From: an uncultured Acidimicrobiia bacterium
Lineage (GTDB): Bacteria; Acidobacteriota; Terriglobia; Versatilivoradales; Versatilivoraceae
DNA: 64,000 nucleotides
Direction of reading: 5' to 3'
Assembly: GCA_963786955.1 (NCBI GenBank)
Contig: CAWBAT010000004.1
Coordinates: 256,001 to 320,000, forward strand
Both the position numbers and the translations under genes were made by a program. Each line of letters starts with the position of its first letter. Position 1 is the first letter of the stretch. This document shows positions 48,304 through 58,360 of this stretch, in pieces. Below the pieces are notes generated by a model. That model was given only the letters and a program-made list of their open reading frames with translations, was not told where the DNA came from and ran no database searches.

Positions 48304-49722
48304 TTAATGTCCTTCGTGCCAGTACATGTCCCACCCCAAATACCGGGTAGTCGCTTCTTGGACGGCCGAGGCCACCGTGGACAGGTTCGCGGCCACATGG
48401 TGTTCGAAGCCATTTTCACAAATGTAGCGCAACAGTTTCTGCATCTCTGGAATTTCGACCACGCCGGCACCCCCAAAAGTGTTGAGCGGCGCATCGATGA
48501 AGGCACCTTCGCCAACATAGCCGTGGATCCTGCCCGCCACATCATCGGTTGAGAAGCGTGCGAAACTCATTTTCTCTGGCTTAATCAATCCGACACACGT
48601 GCCAAACGTGTTCTCCTTTCCCACTGTACCCGCGATGATCTCCTGGTAATCCATCTTCACACTGCGAAAGAAGTGCTTGGGCAAATTCGAGCAATGAAAA
48701 CACACCGCTTTATTCGGGTCGGAGCCGTAGTTATTGTTCCAGTCCAACAATGCCGACGGGGTTTCTGAAGCCAGTTGCAGGGCATGCATGGCAAGCACTC
48801 CACAAATATCCACTTCACACGCACTCGACAACAAGCTATTGCTCATCATGCTCATCACAGTACAGGGGACGACCCCAAGGTTCTCTTCAATCGAAGTCCA
48901 GCACTGCACGGCACTGATGACCACTTCAGTTGCCGCCATCCACTGATCGACAACGGCCCCTAACTTGGCCATTTTGAGCAACGCCTGCTGTGGAACATCA
49001 CCGGTAGTAATATAGGCTTGAATTGCCGCGAGCTTTGCCTGGGCTAACTCATCATTGTCATTCATCCTCTCAATACGACCCAACACCTCAGAGAGATCCA
49101 GAGTCTCGATCGAGATCCCGTGTGACTCGAGGATTTTTTCGCTGTAACGCACCGTATTAAACGCCGCCGGGCGGGCGCCAATGGCGCCAACACGCAGATG
49201 ACGAAAGCCCCTGACCACACGACAAACCGCGGTAAACCAATCCAGATCCTTGGCAAACTCAACCGAATCCGGGGCTTCAGTATGCAGAGTCGTAATCGAG
49301 TAGGGAATTCCATACTGCCGGAGGTTGTTACAGGCAGACATCTTGCCGCAAAAACTGTCGCGCCGGGACGCAATGGTCATCTTCTTGGGGTCATCCGGCG
49401 TCGCCTGGATCAGCACAGGAACCGCGAGGCCCGCCAGACGAAGTGTATCGGCTATCGCTCTCTCCTCGCCAAAATTCGGCAAGGTGACCAGCACACCGTC
49501 GATACGGTCCCGATGGCGTTTGAATAGGTCAGCGCAGCGTTTGGACTCCTCGCGGGTCTCTACGGCTCCATACTTACTCTCTTCCGGACTCAATGTCACC
49601 ACATCGATGCCGGCTCCCTCGAGAATCCGGAGCATCTCTTCCCGGCCGCTTTTGGCGAGGTGATCGGGGAAAAAACCACGGTTGCCTACAATCAGCCCCA
49701 GTGTCATTTTTTTCTTAGACAT
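48304..49722 (-). CDS. L-fucose/L-arabinose isomerase family protein
   Basis: NRGFFP, NFGEE, RRDSFCGK, QCW, CEVD, FHC, GFEHH; between araD and araB. Confidence 0.8.
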   Translation of the reverse strand: MSKKKMTLGLIVGNRGFFPDHLAKSGREEMLRILEGAGIDVVTLSPEESKYGAVETREESKRCADLFKRHRDRIDGVLVTLPNFGEERAIADTLRLAGLAVPVLIQATPDDPKKMTIASRRDSFCGKMSACNNLRQYGIPYSITTLHTEAPDSVEFAKDLDWFTAVCRVVRGFRHLRVGAIGARPAAFNTVRYSEKILESHGISIETLDLSEVLGRIERMNDNDELAQAKLAAIQAYITTGDVPQQALLKMAKLGAVVDQWMAATEVVISAVQCWTSIEENLGVVPCTVMSMMSNSLLSSACEVDICGVLAMHALQLASETPSALLDWNNNYGSDPNKAVCFHCSNLPKHFFRSVKMDYQEIIAGTVGKENTFGTCVGLIKPEKMSFARFSTDDVAGRIHGYVGEGAFIDAPLNTFGGAGVVEIPEMQKLLRYICENGFEHHVAANLSTVASAVQEATTRYLGWDMYWHEGH

Positions 49723-49776
49723 AAGACTCCCTTTCAATCCAATCGCTGAATTACAGCTCGACCGCCCGAGCCTGAA

Positions 49777-50481
49777 TTACTTCTCTTTCTTCGCTTGTCC
49801 GTAATAGGCACGGCTACCATGCTTCCTCAGGTAATGCTTATCATGCAATTCAGAGCCTATGGCTTGCGCTCCACGATTGATACTTAAGGTGAAGTAAGCG
49901 GTTTTTGCAATACCTTCTAAAATCACCGCATGATGCGCCGCCGTTCGAGGATCCGGCCCCCAACTAAATGGACCATGATTCGCGACCAGAACTCCTGGAA
50001 TCGCCGTGTAATCTAAATCCTTAAGAGCCTGAACGATGACTTTCCCCGTATTTTTCTCGTAGTCCGTGACAATCTTTCCCCTCTTCATCACCGCCGTTAC
50101 CGGCACCGGGCCGTGAAAGTAGTCCGCATGAGTCGTCCCAAAACAGGGAATCGACTGGCAGGCTTGTGCCCAGGCAGTGGCATATTCGGAATGGGTATGC
50201 GCGACACCGCCGATTTCAGGAAATTTTTGATAAAGGACTAGATGAGTCGGGAGATCTGAGGAAGGCCTCAACCTGCCTTCGACAATGGTCCCGTCGAGAT
50301 TGGTCACAACCAAATGCTCCGCTTTTAACTCTTCGTAAGGGACTCCACTCGGCTTGATGACCACAAGCCCTTCTTCACGGGCGATACCGCTGGCGTTTCC
50401 GAAGGTATAGAGCACCAAGCCCCTTCGCACCAACTCCAGGTTCGCCTCGAGTACCTCTTCGCGCAGACTCTGCAGCAGCAT
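49777..50481 (-). CDS. araD: L-ribulose-5-phosphate 4-epimerase
   Basis: TFGNAS, IKPSGV, PSSDLPTH, HTHS, GTTHADYF, KHYLRKHG. Confidence 0.95.
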   Translation of the reverse strand: MLLQSLREEVLEANLELVRRGLVLYTFGNASGIAREEGLVVIKPSGVPYEELKAEHLVVTNLDGTIVEGRLRPSSDLPTHLVLYQKFPEIGGVAHTHSEYATAWAQACQSIPCFGTTHADYFHGPVPVTAVMKRGKIVTDYEKNTGKVIVQALKDLDYTAIPGVLVANHGPFSWGPDPRTAAHHAVILEGIAKTAYFTLSINRGAQAIGSELHDKHYLRKHGSRAYYGQAKKEK

Positions 50482-50688
50482 GATTTGGACCTTATCCCTG
50501 ACTCACGCGGTCAGCATTCGCAAGTCGGATGAATCGCTCCTCTTAAATTCGAATCATAGAAGACTGCTCAGGCTTTATCAATGGAGATTCAGAGCACTTT
50601 CTTTCGGCCCTGCTCGCTTTCCTAATACCAATTTTCCCTACTGCTGCTTGTATGCTCTGTCTAAGCTGTTTCGGGTCTATTTAATTCG

Positions 50689-51354
50689 TCAGCCCTCTTG
50701 CTCAAGCTCTCGCACCATGAAATCCTGAACTTGCGAGAAATCCTTAAGCTCTTCAAAAGGGATTCCCTCGGCCGCGCAGAATCGGGCGAGCCCCGCCTTG
50801 GCAAAGACAAGGTCGGCCTCCACGGCTGCTCTCCGGTCAGACAAGCCGTCACCGGCAAAAACAGTTACATAGCCCGCTTGCCTTGCCATCTGAAGCGCAG
50901 CTCCTTTGTCATGGCCCCATGGAGTGTCGTCGCGGAAATGGATGTCCCAATGCCCATTTTCAATTTGGATCCGATTGGCGAGAATGCGAACAAAATCCAG
51001 CTCGTAAGGTAACAGTAGGTTTTCAATGACCTCTTGCATCCCTCCGCTGAGCACCGTGAGAGGGGCACCGCGTTCTTGGCACCAGCGGGCAAACGGGATG
51101 AAGGTCCCGTCGATGACGACATCTCTCTTCAAAATTTCCAAGATTTCGTCAAGACTGCCCCGGATGCTGGCTACTTCCAACCGGATCCCCTCGCGGAGAG
51201 TAAGTTCACCGGAATAGAGCTTTCCGCCAATCTCTCTCCGAAATTCAACCCCGGCAAAGACTTCCGTTAAGTGATTCAAAGTATCCGGATGGGCAATGGT
51301 TCCATCAAAGTCAGTGAACACGGCAATGGCTGCGTGGCGTAAAAGGCGGCTCAA
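50689..51354 (-). CDS. HAD-IB family phosphatase (MtnX-like)
   Basis: DFDGT, LSGG, GHDK, GDGLSD, VFAK. Confidence 0.85.
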   Translation of the reverse strand: MSRLLRHAAIAVFTDFDGTIAHPDTLNHLTEVFAGVEFRREIGGKLYSGELTLREGIRLEVASIRGSLDEILEILKRDVVIDGTFIPFARWCQERGAPLTVLSGGMQEVIENLLLPYELDFVRILANRIQIENGHWDIHFRDDTPWGHDKGAALQMARQAGYVTVFAGDGLSDRRAAVEADLVFAKAGLARFCAAEGIPFEELKDFSQVQDFMVRELEQEG

Positions 51355-51506
51355 TATTCTCCTCCAAGGCAGACATCATGCCTCGACTGAAATCGTCTCT
51401 CAACAAAAATCACCTTGAAACCAAAATAGTCGCAGTATCTAATACAGACACAGTAGGGTTTGTAATAATTTTCTTCTTGGGGGCGGAGTGCGAAAGTTTA
51501 TACAAG

Positions 51507-51660
51507 CCCCCCTCACCCCCGGCACCCTCTCCCTCGTTGGGGAGAGGGGAGTCGATGATTCGTTCTTGTGTTCCTCTTCCGCGTTGGGGAATTGAAAAAG
51601 TCCCCCTTGGAAGGGGGATGAAGGCTTGAGAAGCCTTCATGCAAGACTGCGGGGGATGTC
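51507..51660. repeat. Cluster of G/C-tract palindromic repeats
   Basis: CCCCCCTCACCCCCGGCACCCTCTCCC...GGGAGAGGG (also inside MITE A) and TCCCCCTTGGAAGGGGGA followed by a 10-bp hairpin. Confidence 0.65.
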
Positions 51661-51859
51661 CTCTTTGCAGCCCTCCACAAGGCATGCAGCCCCCAGCACT
51701 TCTACTTGGGGGAAAGGTTTATCTTTTAGCTGACGGACCGTGTGTCCGACGGCCAGTGGCAATACGGGGCGGGGGCAAGCGGGCTACCCTTTGACCTTCG
51801 TCAGTGTTAAGCTATTGAATTGATGCATTCTCACCTTATCTGGAAAAAGGAGAATCTTC

Positions 51860-53296
51860 ATGGGGCCACAAAGAAATATTCTTCGTTTGGTAATCTCTTT
51901 TCTTGGAAACACGCCAGTTAGAGCAGGCCGCATCGTTCCTTGCGGATTTTTCATTACCGTGCTCTTCCTGATGGCCATCTGTTTTCCTCAAATAGCATCG
52001 ACCGAGACCCAGTCGACCAAGAAAAGCCCGGCACATCGTAGTTCCGCTCCAGGAAAGACCCCAAGAACTCCTCCGAGCGCTAATGAAATATCCAAACAGT
52101 GGTTTCAGGACGCCAAGTTTGGCCTCTTCATCCACTGGGGGGTTTACAGTGTTCTGGGGCAAGGGGAATGGGTGATGAATAACAACAAGATGCCCATCAC
52201 CGATTATGAAAAGTTGCCCTCGCAGTTTAACCCTGTAGACTTCAATGCCGCCGAGTGGGTCAGCCTGGCAAAAGCCGCCGGGATGAAGTACATCACCATT
52301 ACCAGTAAGCACCATGATGGCTTTGCGATGTTTGATTCGAAGGTTTCAGACTATGACATGGTCGATCAAACCCCCTATAAGAAAGACGTCTTAAAGGCAT
52401 TAGCAGCCGAGTGCCGGAAACAAGGGATCAAGCTGTTTTTCTATTATTCTCAGCTGGATTGGCATCACCCGGACTATTTTCCATTAGGAAGAACGGGGGA
52501 GAATTCGGGAAGGCCAGCGAGTGGAGTCTGGAATAATTATCTGGACTATATGGACAATCAGTTAAAAGAGTTGTGTAGCAATTACGGTGAGATTGGCGGC
52601 ATCTGGTTTGACGGCTGGTGGGACAAACCTGACGCGGACTGGCGCTTAGAAAAAACCTACAAACTCATTCATGACCTGCAGCCGAATGCCTTGATCGGCA
52701 ATAACCATCATCGGAAGCCTTTTCCTGGCGAAGACTTTCAGATGTTCGAAAAAGATTTGCCCGGCAGTAATACAGCCGGACATAGTCCCAACTCCGAAAT
52801 TGGAACTCTGCCCTTGGAAACCTGCGAAACCATTAATACGTCCTGGGGTTACAATAAGAACGACGGTACTTTCAAGAGCGACAAGACACTGCTTCATTAC
52901 CTCATTAAGGCTGCCGGGCACAATGCGAATTTCCTGCTCAATGTGGGTCCGACCCCCAACGGCCAGATTCAACCGGAATTCGTCACGCGTCTCAAATCCC
53001 TAGGGGAATGGCTCGGTCGTTACGGGGAAAGTATTTATGGAACACGCGAAGGACCGATCACTCCGAGACCGTGGGGCGTCAGCACGCAGAAAGGAAACAA
53101 AGTCTATTTACACATTTTGGATTGGCAGGACCAACTCTTGCCTCTCCCAAAGATGAACGGACTGATTCGCAGCGCGAAGTACATGAAGTCGGGCCGCAAG
53201 GTCGACATCGTTGATACTGGAATGGGCTTGGTGATCAACTTTGCGCAGGAGACTTTAGATCCGATCGACACGATTATCGTACTGGAGCTGTCATGA
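51860..53296 (+). CDS. Alpha-L-fucosidase (GH29)
   Basis: KFGLFIHWG, TSKHHDGF, WFDG, ETCET, LLNVGP; true start may be downstream (about 51971). Confidence 0.93.
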   Translation: MGPQRNILRLVISFLGNTPVRAGRIVPCGFFITVLFLMAICFPQIASTETQSTKKSPAHRSSAPGKTPRTPPSANEISKQWFQDAKFGLFIHWGVYSVLGQGEWVMNNNKMPITDYEKLPSQFNPVDFNAAEWVSLAKAAGMKYITITSKHHDGFAMFDSKVSDYDMVDQTPYKKDVLKALAAECRKQGIKLFFYYSQLDWHHPDYFPLGRTGENSGRPASGVWNNYLDYMDNQLKELCSNYGEIGGIWFDGWWDKPDADWRLEKTYKLIHDLQPNALIGNNHHRKPFPGEDFQMFEKDLPGSNTAGHSPNSEIGTLPLETCETINTSWGYNKNDGTFKSDKTLLHYLIKAAGHNANFLLNVGPTPNGQIQPEFVTRLKSLGEWLGRYGESIYGTREGPITPRPWGVSTQKGNKVYLHILDWQDQLLPLPKMNGLIRSAKYMKSGRKVDIVDTGMGLVINFAQETLDPIDTIIVLELS

Positions 53297-54069
53297 AGTT
53301 CTGGCTCATGACAAGTAGCTTTCTTTTCCTGACTCTTCCTCTGCCAGCGGACGATACCCTGCCTGCCGTCGTGAGAAAAGATGGAGTCCATACTTGGGAA
53401 AACGTCGGAGAAATCATTAAGATCTCAGGGAAGACCCTGACCCTGCGACGCACCTTGCGGCTCAGTGAGGCTACCTGGAGTCTTCTTCCTGGCGCCATTT
53501 CCAACACTTCCCAACTTCAGCCGGGAGACCGCATACACGCTAAGGGGAGCACTCTGGCCGACGGAATCTACGATACCCGGCGCATCTATTTGACCTCAAC
53601 GGCAGCCCCTCGCTCGTCTCATGATACCGGCGCACCGCGCACTCAAACTGCTGACTTTGGGGGCCCCGACGCTCGAGATCCAACCCGAGGGCTTGGCTAC
53701 CCAGGTGGAGGTGGAGGGGACGGACAAGGCCGAGCCAGCCCCGGCATTGGGGGACGTATCCCTCCCGCCGGCCAGCCGGGAGGCGGAGAGACACGCACCC
53801 AAGTGGACCCGCAAGACCCTCAGCCTGCGGATCAAATTCGATTTCTGCCGGGAGACGTTGAAGGGATCGTCGAAGAAGTCAAAGCTTCAGAGCTCATTCT
53901 CTCTCAGGGAATCATATTCGGCAAAGAAACCATTATTCGTGGGAAGTCAGGGGAAACTGCAAATGAAAAAGTGCTTCAAATCGGCGCACGAGTGGCCGTT
54001 ACTATCAAAGACGATGTTGATGTGAAATCGATGGCCCGAAAGGCAACAGTCATCCGAATTCTGCCTTGA
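53293..54069 (+). CDS. Secreted hypothetical protein, DUF5666/OB-fold-like repeats with Gly/Pro linker
   Basis: Signal peptide; two repeats (LQPGDRIHAKG, LQIGARVAV); overlaps the fucosidase stop (ATGA). Confidence 0.65.
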   Translation: MKFWLMTSSFLFLTLPLPADDTLPAVVRKDGVHTWENVGEIIKISGKTLTLRRTLRLSEATWSLLPGAISNTSQLQPGDRIHAKGSTLADGIYDTRRIYLTSTAAPRSSHDTGAPRTQTADFGGPDARDPTRGLGYPGGGGGDGQGRASPGIGGRIPPAGQPGGGETRTQVDPQDPQPADQIRFLPGDVEGIVEEVKASELILSQGIIFGKETIIRGKSGETANEKVLQIGARVAVTIKDDVDVKSMARKATVIRILP

Positions 54070-54163
54070 TTTAAAAAACGCCGACGTTCAGGCCCAATGA
54101 ATAAAAGTTTGTTGTCCCCTCGTCCATTTGCCCGAACCCGGGAGACAGAATAGGATTCCAGTA

Positions 54164-54817
54164 ATGAAGACTATTTCAATTGCAGCCCCTTGTAATGGTT
54201 CAGGCAAAACCTCCTTGATTTTGGCACTGCTCCATACATTCCCCCATCTTTTTGCGGTGACAAAATTTACGACGATTTACAAGGAAGAGCAATTTTGCCC
54301 GACTAAAGACCATGATTGTGCCTGTCACAGGCTTGTGGGGGACTATCTCATTTGTAATGACCCCACGATTCTTTCGCAGCCCGACACCGACACTGGGAAG
54401 ATCTGGAAAGCGGGGGCACGTCAAACCCTCTGGTGCGTAGCGCGTCACGAAGGGTATCCCAGGATGGTCGAGGAGTTTTTGTCCCGCTGCCTCAACTCCG
54501 GAACCCCACATCTTATGGAAGGAAACACGGTCGTGAATTATCTTGAACCGACGATGCAGCTTTTTCTTTTTAATCCCTTTCTCCCAAAGTCCTGGTGGAA
54601 ATCAGACACAGAGGAATTCCTGGCAAAGGCCGACTGGGTCATCATCAATCCTCATTCAGACCATGAAGGTAAGGCCGCAACCCTTGATGCCACGCAGACC
54701 CTCCCGATCCTCGAGCCTTACCGTGAAAAATGTATTCAGTTGGAAAATCCGGCAACCCTTCGTAACTGGAATGACCAGCGACTCTATCAGCAGATCTCAC
54801 AACTTTTGACAACCTGA
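54164..54817 (+). CDS. Hypothetical P-loop protein (MobB-like)
   Basis: APCNGSGKT Walker A-like motif, DTDTGK...AGA, MEGN; Cys/His cluster. Confidence 0.65.
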   Translation: MKTISIAAPCNGSGKTSLILALLHTFPHLFAVTKFTTIYKEEQFCPTKDHDCACHRLVGDYLICNDPTILSQPDTDTGKIWKAGARQTLWCVARHEGYPRMVEEFLSRCLNSGTPHLMEGNTVVNYLEPTMQLFLFNPFLPKSWWKSDTEEFLAKADWVIINPHSDHEGKAATLDATQTLPILEPYREKCIQLENPATLRNWNDQRLYQQISQLLTT

Positions 54818-54858
54818 AGCCTGCCGAGTTGACGTCTTTTCTGTCAGGCTTAGCTAAG

Positions 54859-55016
54859 TACTCCATTTCATAAATACACTAACGCAACTTCTAGCTGCCA
54901 GCAAAGTGTGGGGGAGCGGGCGCTCCCGCGCACGCTTGAACGCGCGCGGAGCTCGCGTTCCACCATTAAAAAGCCCGACCGCTGAAAATACGTGATCGCT
55001 TTTATGAAACGGAGCA
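54859..55016. mobile_element. MITE family B (about 158 bp)
   Basis: TIRs TACTCCATTTCATAAA / TTTATGAAACGGAGCA (14/16); internal GTGG...CCAC palindrome; partial relative at 4424-4540. Confidence 0.72.
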
Positions 55017-55110
55017 CAAAGCCGGAGCAAGGGGCCTGTTTAGCGTTGATTATTGGAATTTGAGGCGGGGCAGATTCGGAGGAATTCTCCCGTATCCCTC
55101 TAAAGGGGTC

Positions 55111-56958
55111 TCAAGCAAGTTCTTTGACTCTTTTGATGATACAAGCAGCGCTGATGCCATAACGATCAAGTAATTCCTCGGGTTTCCCTGAGCGCGGAAC
55201 TTCCTGGACAGCTAATTTGTGGACCTTGACATCGTGGATCGCCACAGCATTCAAGACAGCATCGCCCAAACCACCATCGGAATAATGATCTTCAACAACC
55301 AGCAGGCTTCGACTCGTCTGGGCCGCCGCTTCCTGCAGTCCTTTCGAATCGATTGGCTTAACTGAATAAGCATCCAGAACTCGAATCGAGATCCCTTCTT
55401 CAGCCAGTTTGTCAGCCGCCTTTAATGCTTCCCACACTGTGACTCCTGCAGCAACAACCGTCAGCCGGTCATGGGCACTGGACCGAACGGTTTTGCTGCC
55501 CCCGATATGAAACAATTCCTCATTCTGATACAGCACCGGAGTCTTCGGACGACTGGTTCGTATGTAGACGATCCCCTGGTAGTCAGCGGCCAACGCCACG
55601 ACTTTTTCAGTTGAAACAGCGTCGCAAGGGTAGAAGACCACCGCCTGTGGGAGAGTGCGGAAAAAAGCCAAATCCTCCAAGGCCATCTGAGAAGGTCCAT
55701 CCTCTCCGATCGAGACCCCACAATGTGACCCGACACATTTAATGTTCGCCATTGAAATCCCCGCCATCCGCAAGTGGTCCATGGACCGTCCAAAAAAAGC
55801 GCCAAATGTTGACGCAAATGGGATCTTACCGCATTTGGAAAGTCCGACCGCCACCCCGACCATGTTTTGTTCTGCAATGAATGCCTCAAAAAAGCGGTCC
55901 GGGAAGGCATTCATAAATCGATCCGCAAAAGTCGAGTTTTTTGTATCTCCATCGATCGCAACCACCGACGAATTTGCCTTGCCCAGTTTTACGAGCGCAG
56001 TCCCGTAGGCTTCTCGGGTGGCCACTAGATCCCCCAGCTTGTATTCAGGCGCCTCCATAGAATGCTTTACGACCAGGGACGGCTGGCTGGCTCCAGAGGG
56101 GACTGTGATCCGAAGCTTCGGCGAATTGCCCTTCAGCGGCAATTCCGCTAAGGCTTTTTCCAGTTCTTCGCCTCTCTTGACCGGTTTGCCGTGCCAGCCA
56201 TCCTTGTCTTCGAGGAAAGAGACCCCCTTCCCTTTCTTGGTATGGGCAATGATGGCCACAGGTGAATTCTTAACGCTGCGGCTCTGATCAAACGCATCCA
56301 GTATCGCACCCATATCATGGCCATCGATAACGATCGTATGCCATCCAAATCCCGAAAATTTCTTGGCATAGCTATCGACATGGTCACCATGCATGGTCGC
56401 CTGGCTCTGCCCAAGCCGGTTGACGTCGACAATGGCGACCAGATTATCCAGTTGATAATAAGCAGCGAGAGCAGCCGCCTCCCAAACCCCACCTTCGGCG
56501 GTCTCTCCGTCGCCCATCAGGATATACGTACGATAATCCAATTTCTCCAGACGTTTGGCGTTGAGGGCGATACCCACACCGGCAGATAGCCCCTGACCCA
56601 GTGAACCGGTCGCGACATCGACCCACTTGAGGCGAGGAGTCGGGTGACCTTCCAAATCACTGTCCAGCCGGCGTAGAGTGAGCAATTGATCAACTGGAAT
56701 AATTCCAGCTTCGGCCCAAGCCGCATAGAGAACAGGGGCAGCGTGCCCCTTCGAAAGGATGAACCGATCATTCTGGGCATTTCGTGGATTCTCCGGATCA
56801 TAGCGCATCACTGAAAAAAACAGGGCCGAAACAAGGTCTGCCGCCGACATACAGGAAGTTGGATGACCCGAGCCTGCCTCGGCAGTCGAGCGAAGAGAAT
56901 GAATGCGCAGTCGAGTGGCTTTGTCATTGAGTGCTTGGATGAGTTCGGTTCTTGTCAT
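55111..56958 (-). CDS. tkt: Transketolase
   Basis: GHPTS, SKGHAAP, GSLGQG, GDGE..EG..WE, EDGPSQ; start placed at ATG 56958. Confidence 0.92.
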   Translation of the reverse strand: MTRTELIQALNDKATRLRIHSLRSTAEAGSGHPTSCMSAADLVSALFFSVMRYDPENPRNAQNDRFILSKGHAAPVLYAAWAEAGIIPVDQLLTLRRLDSDLEGHPTPRLKWVDVATGSLGQGLSAGVGIALNAKRLEKLDYRTYILMGDGETAEGGVWEAAALAAYYQLDNLVAIVDVNRLGQSQATMHGDHVDSYAKKFSGFGWHTIVIDGHDMGAILDAFDQSRSVKNSPVAIIAHTKKGKGVSFLEDKDGWHGKPVKRGEELEKALAELPLKGNSPKLRITVPSGASQPSLVVKHSMEAPEYKLGDLVATREAYGTALVKLGKANSSVVAIDGDTKNSTFADRFMNAFPDRFFEAFIAEQNMVGVAVGLSKCGKIPFASTFGAFFGRSMDHLRMAGISMANIKCVGSHCGVSIGEDGPSQMALEDLAFFRTLPQAVVFYPCDAVSTEKVVALAADYQGIVYIRTSRPKTPVLYQNEELFHIGGSKTVRSSAHDRLTVVAAGVTVWEALKAADKLAEEGISIRVLDAYSVKPIDSKGLQEAAAQTSRSLLVVEDHYSDGGLGDAVLNAVAIHDVKVHKLAVQEVPRSGKPEELLDRYGISAACIIKRVKELA

Positions 56959-57125
56959 GAGTGCCTCGCAGGATAAGGTTGTCTTCACAATCAAACGCGT
57001 CATCTTATAATGATTTCCGCTTGTTTTCAAATTGGCATATTTGCCAACGAGTTGCTAATCTTGGGAAAGACGTGGGAGAATTACTAGTGACTCGAAAAGA
57101 AACCACTGAACGGTCCAACAACCCA

Positions 57126-57341
57126 ATGGACATTAAGCCACGGCCCAACCACCCTAAGTACCTCGAGATTCTTCGAAGCATGCCCCCCGAGCAAAGATTA
57201 CTGAAGGCTTTTGAGCTTTCAGAATTCTCCAAACGACTATTCCTGGCAGGTCTAAGATATCGATTCAAAAACCTTTCAGAAGCGGAACTGGGAGTTCTGG
57301 CCACGAAGCGGCTTGAAAAATGTCACAACAGGAACTATTAG
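57126..57341 (+). CDS. Small helical protein, putative antitoxin
   Basis: LRSMPPEQRLLKAFELS...GLRYRFKNLSEAEL; overlaps the downstream nucleotidyltransferase gene. Confidence 0.65.
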   Translation: MDIKPRPNHPKYLEILRSMPPEQRLLKAFELSEFSKRLFLAGLRYRFKNLSEAELGVLATKRLEKCHNRNY

Positions 57342-57883
57342 CAAAACTTGTGCATTTCCTGAATGCCGAACAGATCCCCTACCTGCTCACCGGATCTGTA
57401 GCATCGAGCCTCCATGGAGAACCACGCTCAACCCACGATGTGGATGTAATCGTAGTCCTTGACGCGAATTCAGTGACTCAATTGCTAAAGAAATTTCAGA
57501 GGCCCGGGTATTATCTGGATGAAATGTGCGTGCGTGAGGCTGTGGAAAAGGGTGGAATGTTCAACCTGATTTCTGCCGAGGGTGACAAAGTCGATTTTTG
57601 GATGCTTACACCAGACCCCTTTGATCAGTCTCGCTTTGCTCGCCGGACAATCGTGGATTTCATGGGAATGCAGCTGACTGTATCTAGTCCTGAGGATACG
57701 ATCCTAGCGAAACTGTATTGGGCCAAACTCTCCGGCGGAAGCGAGAAACATGTGCATGATTCACTGAGAGTTTACGAAGTGCAGTATGGGCACTTAGACC
57801 TAGAATACCTCCAAGACTGGGCAAGAAGACTATCGGTCGAGGAACTCCTGATCAGAATACGCACAGAAGCCGAACCCATCTAA
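57320..57883 (+). CDS. Nucleotidyltransferase-fold protein, putative toxin
   Basis: LTGSVASSLHGEPRSTHDVD, KVDF, SPEDTILAKL, KH..D. Confidence 0.78.
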   Translation: MSQQELLAKLVHFLNAEQIPYLLTGSVASSLHGEPRSTHDVDVIVVLDANSVTQLLKKFQRPGYYLDEMCVREAVEKGGMFNLISAEGDKVDFWMLTPDPFDQSRFARRTIVDFMGMQLTVSSPEDTILAKLYWAKLSGGSEKHVHDSLRVYEVQYGHLDLEYLQDWARRLSVEELLIRIRTEAEPI

Positions 57884-58152
57884 AGAAGAGAACTCTCCCT
57901 TTGACCACCCGGTTGAAGACTCGGTAGCCACGATTGACGGGCCTTCTCGGTCTATCGTGGGTTTTTGGATCCGAGGCTCACGATACTGAAATTTACCCTG
58001 TGACACTCTGTTCCACGATTGAACGGCCAGAAGGCGCCGTTCAATCGTGGCTACCAGAAAATCCGACCGCTCGGTCTTGTTGCGGCCTTTCACTGAATGT
58101 GGGAGCCGTTCTCCTAACAGCCAAGAGTGATTGCGTTTCCCGGCCAAACTTG

Positions 58153-58360
58153 GCGCAGGGGCAAGTCCCCGCAGCGGCGTCCTGGGTTGCGATCACAATG
58201 AATCAGCGGCGCCCTCAAAATAAGGGCGCGACAATCCGGACTAGAGGTGTGTTGCACTCTTCAGGGTGTCTTTTCATGGGTGGCCCGTGACCCAGGGCGC
58301 CGCTCCGGGCTTCGCCCTCCACTCTGCCCTGGGCTATTTTCTCTTGCCCTTTCAGGTCAG
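58153..58360. repeat. Composite REP-like element
   Basis: GCAGGG...CCTGGG, GCCCT..AGGGC, CACTCTTCAGGGTG, CCCAGGGC...GCCCTGGG and CCCTTTCAGG hairpins in series. Confidence 0.65.

Noticed and set aside
51732-51797. Group II intron domain V/VI-like fragment
   Set aside because: Lacks the AGC/CGC catalytic triad and a clean DV stem; no RT gene
56961-57125. N-terminal extension of the small antitoxin-like ORF
   Set aside because: Covers the divergent promoter region; the family-like sequence starts at ATG 57126
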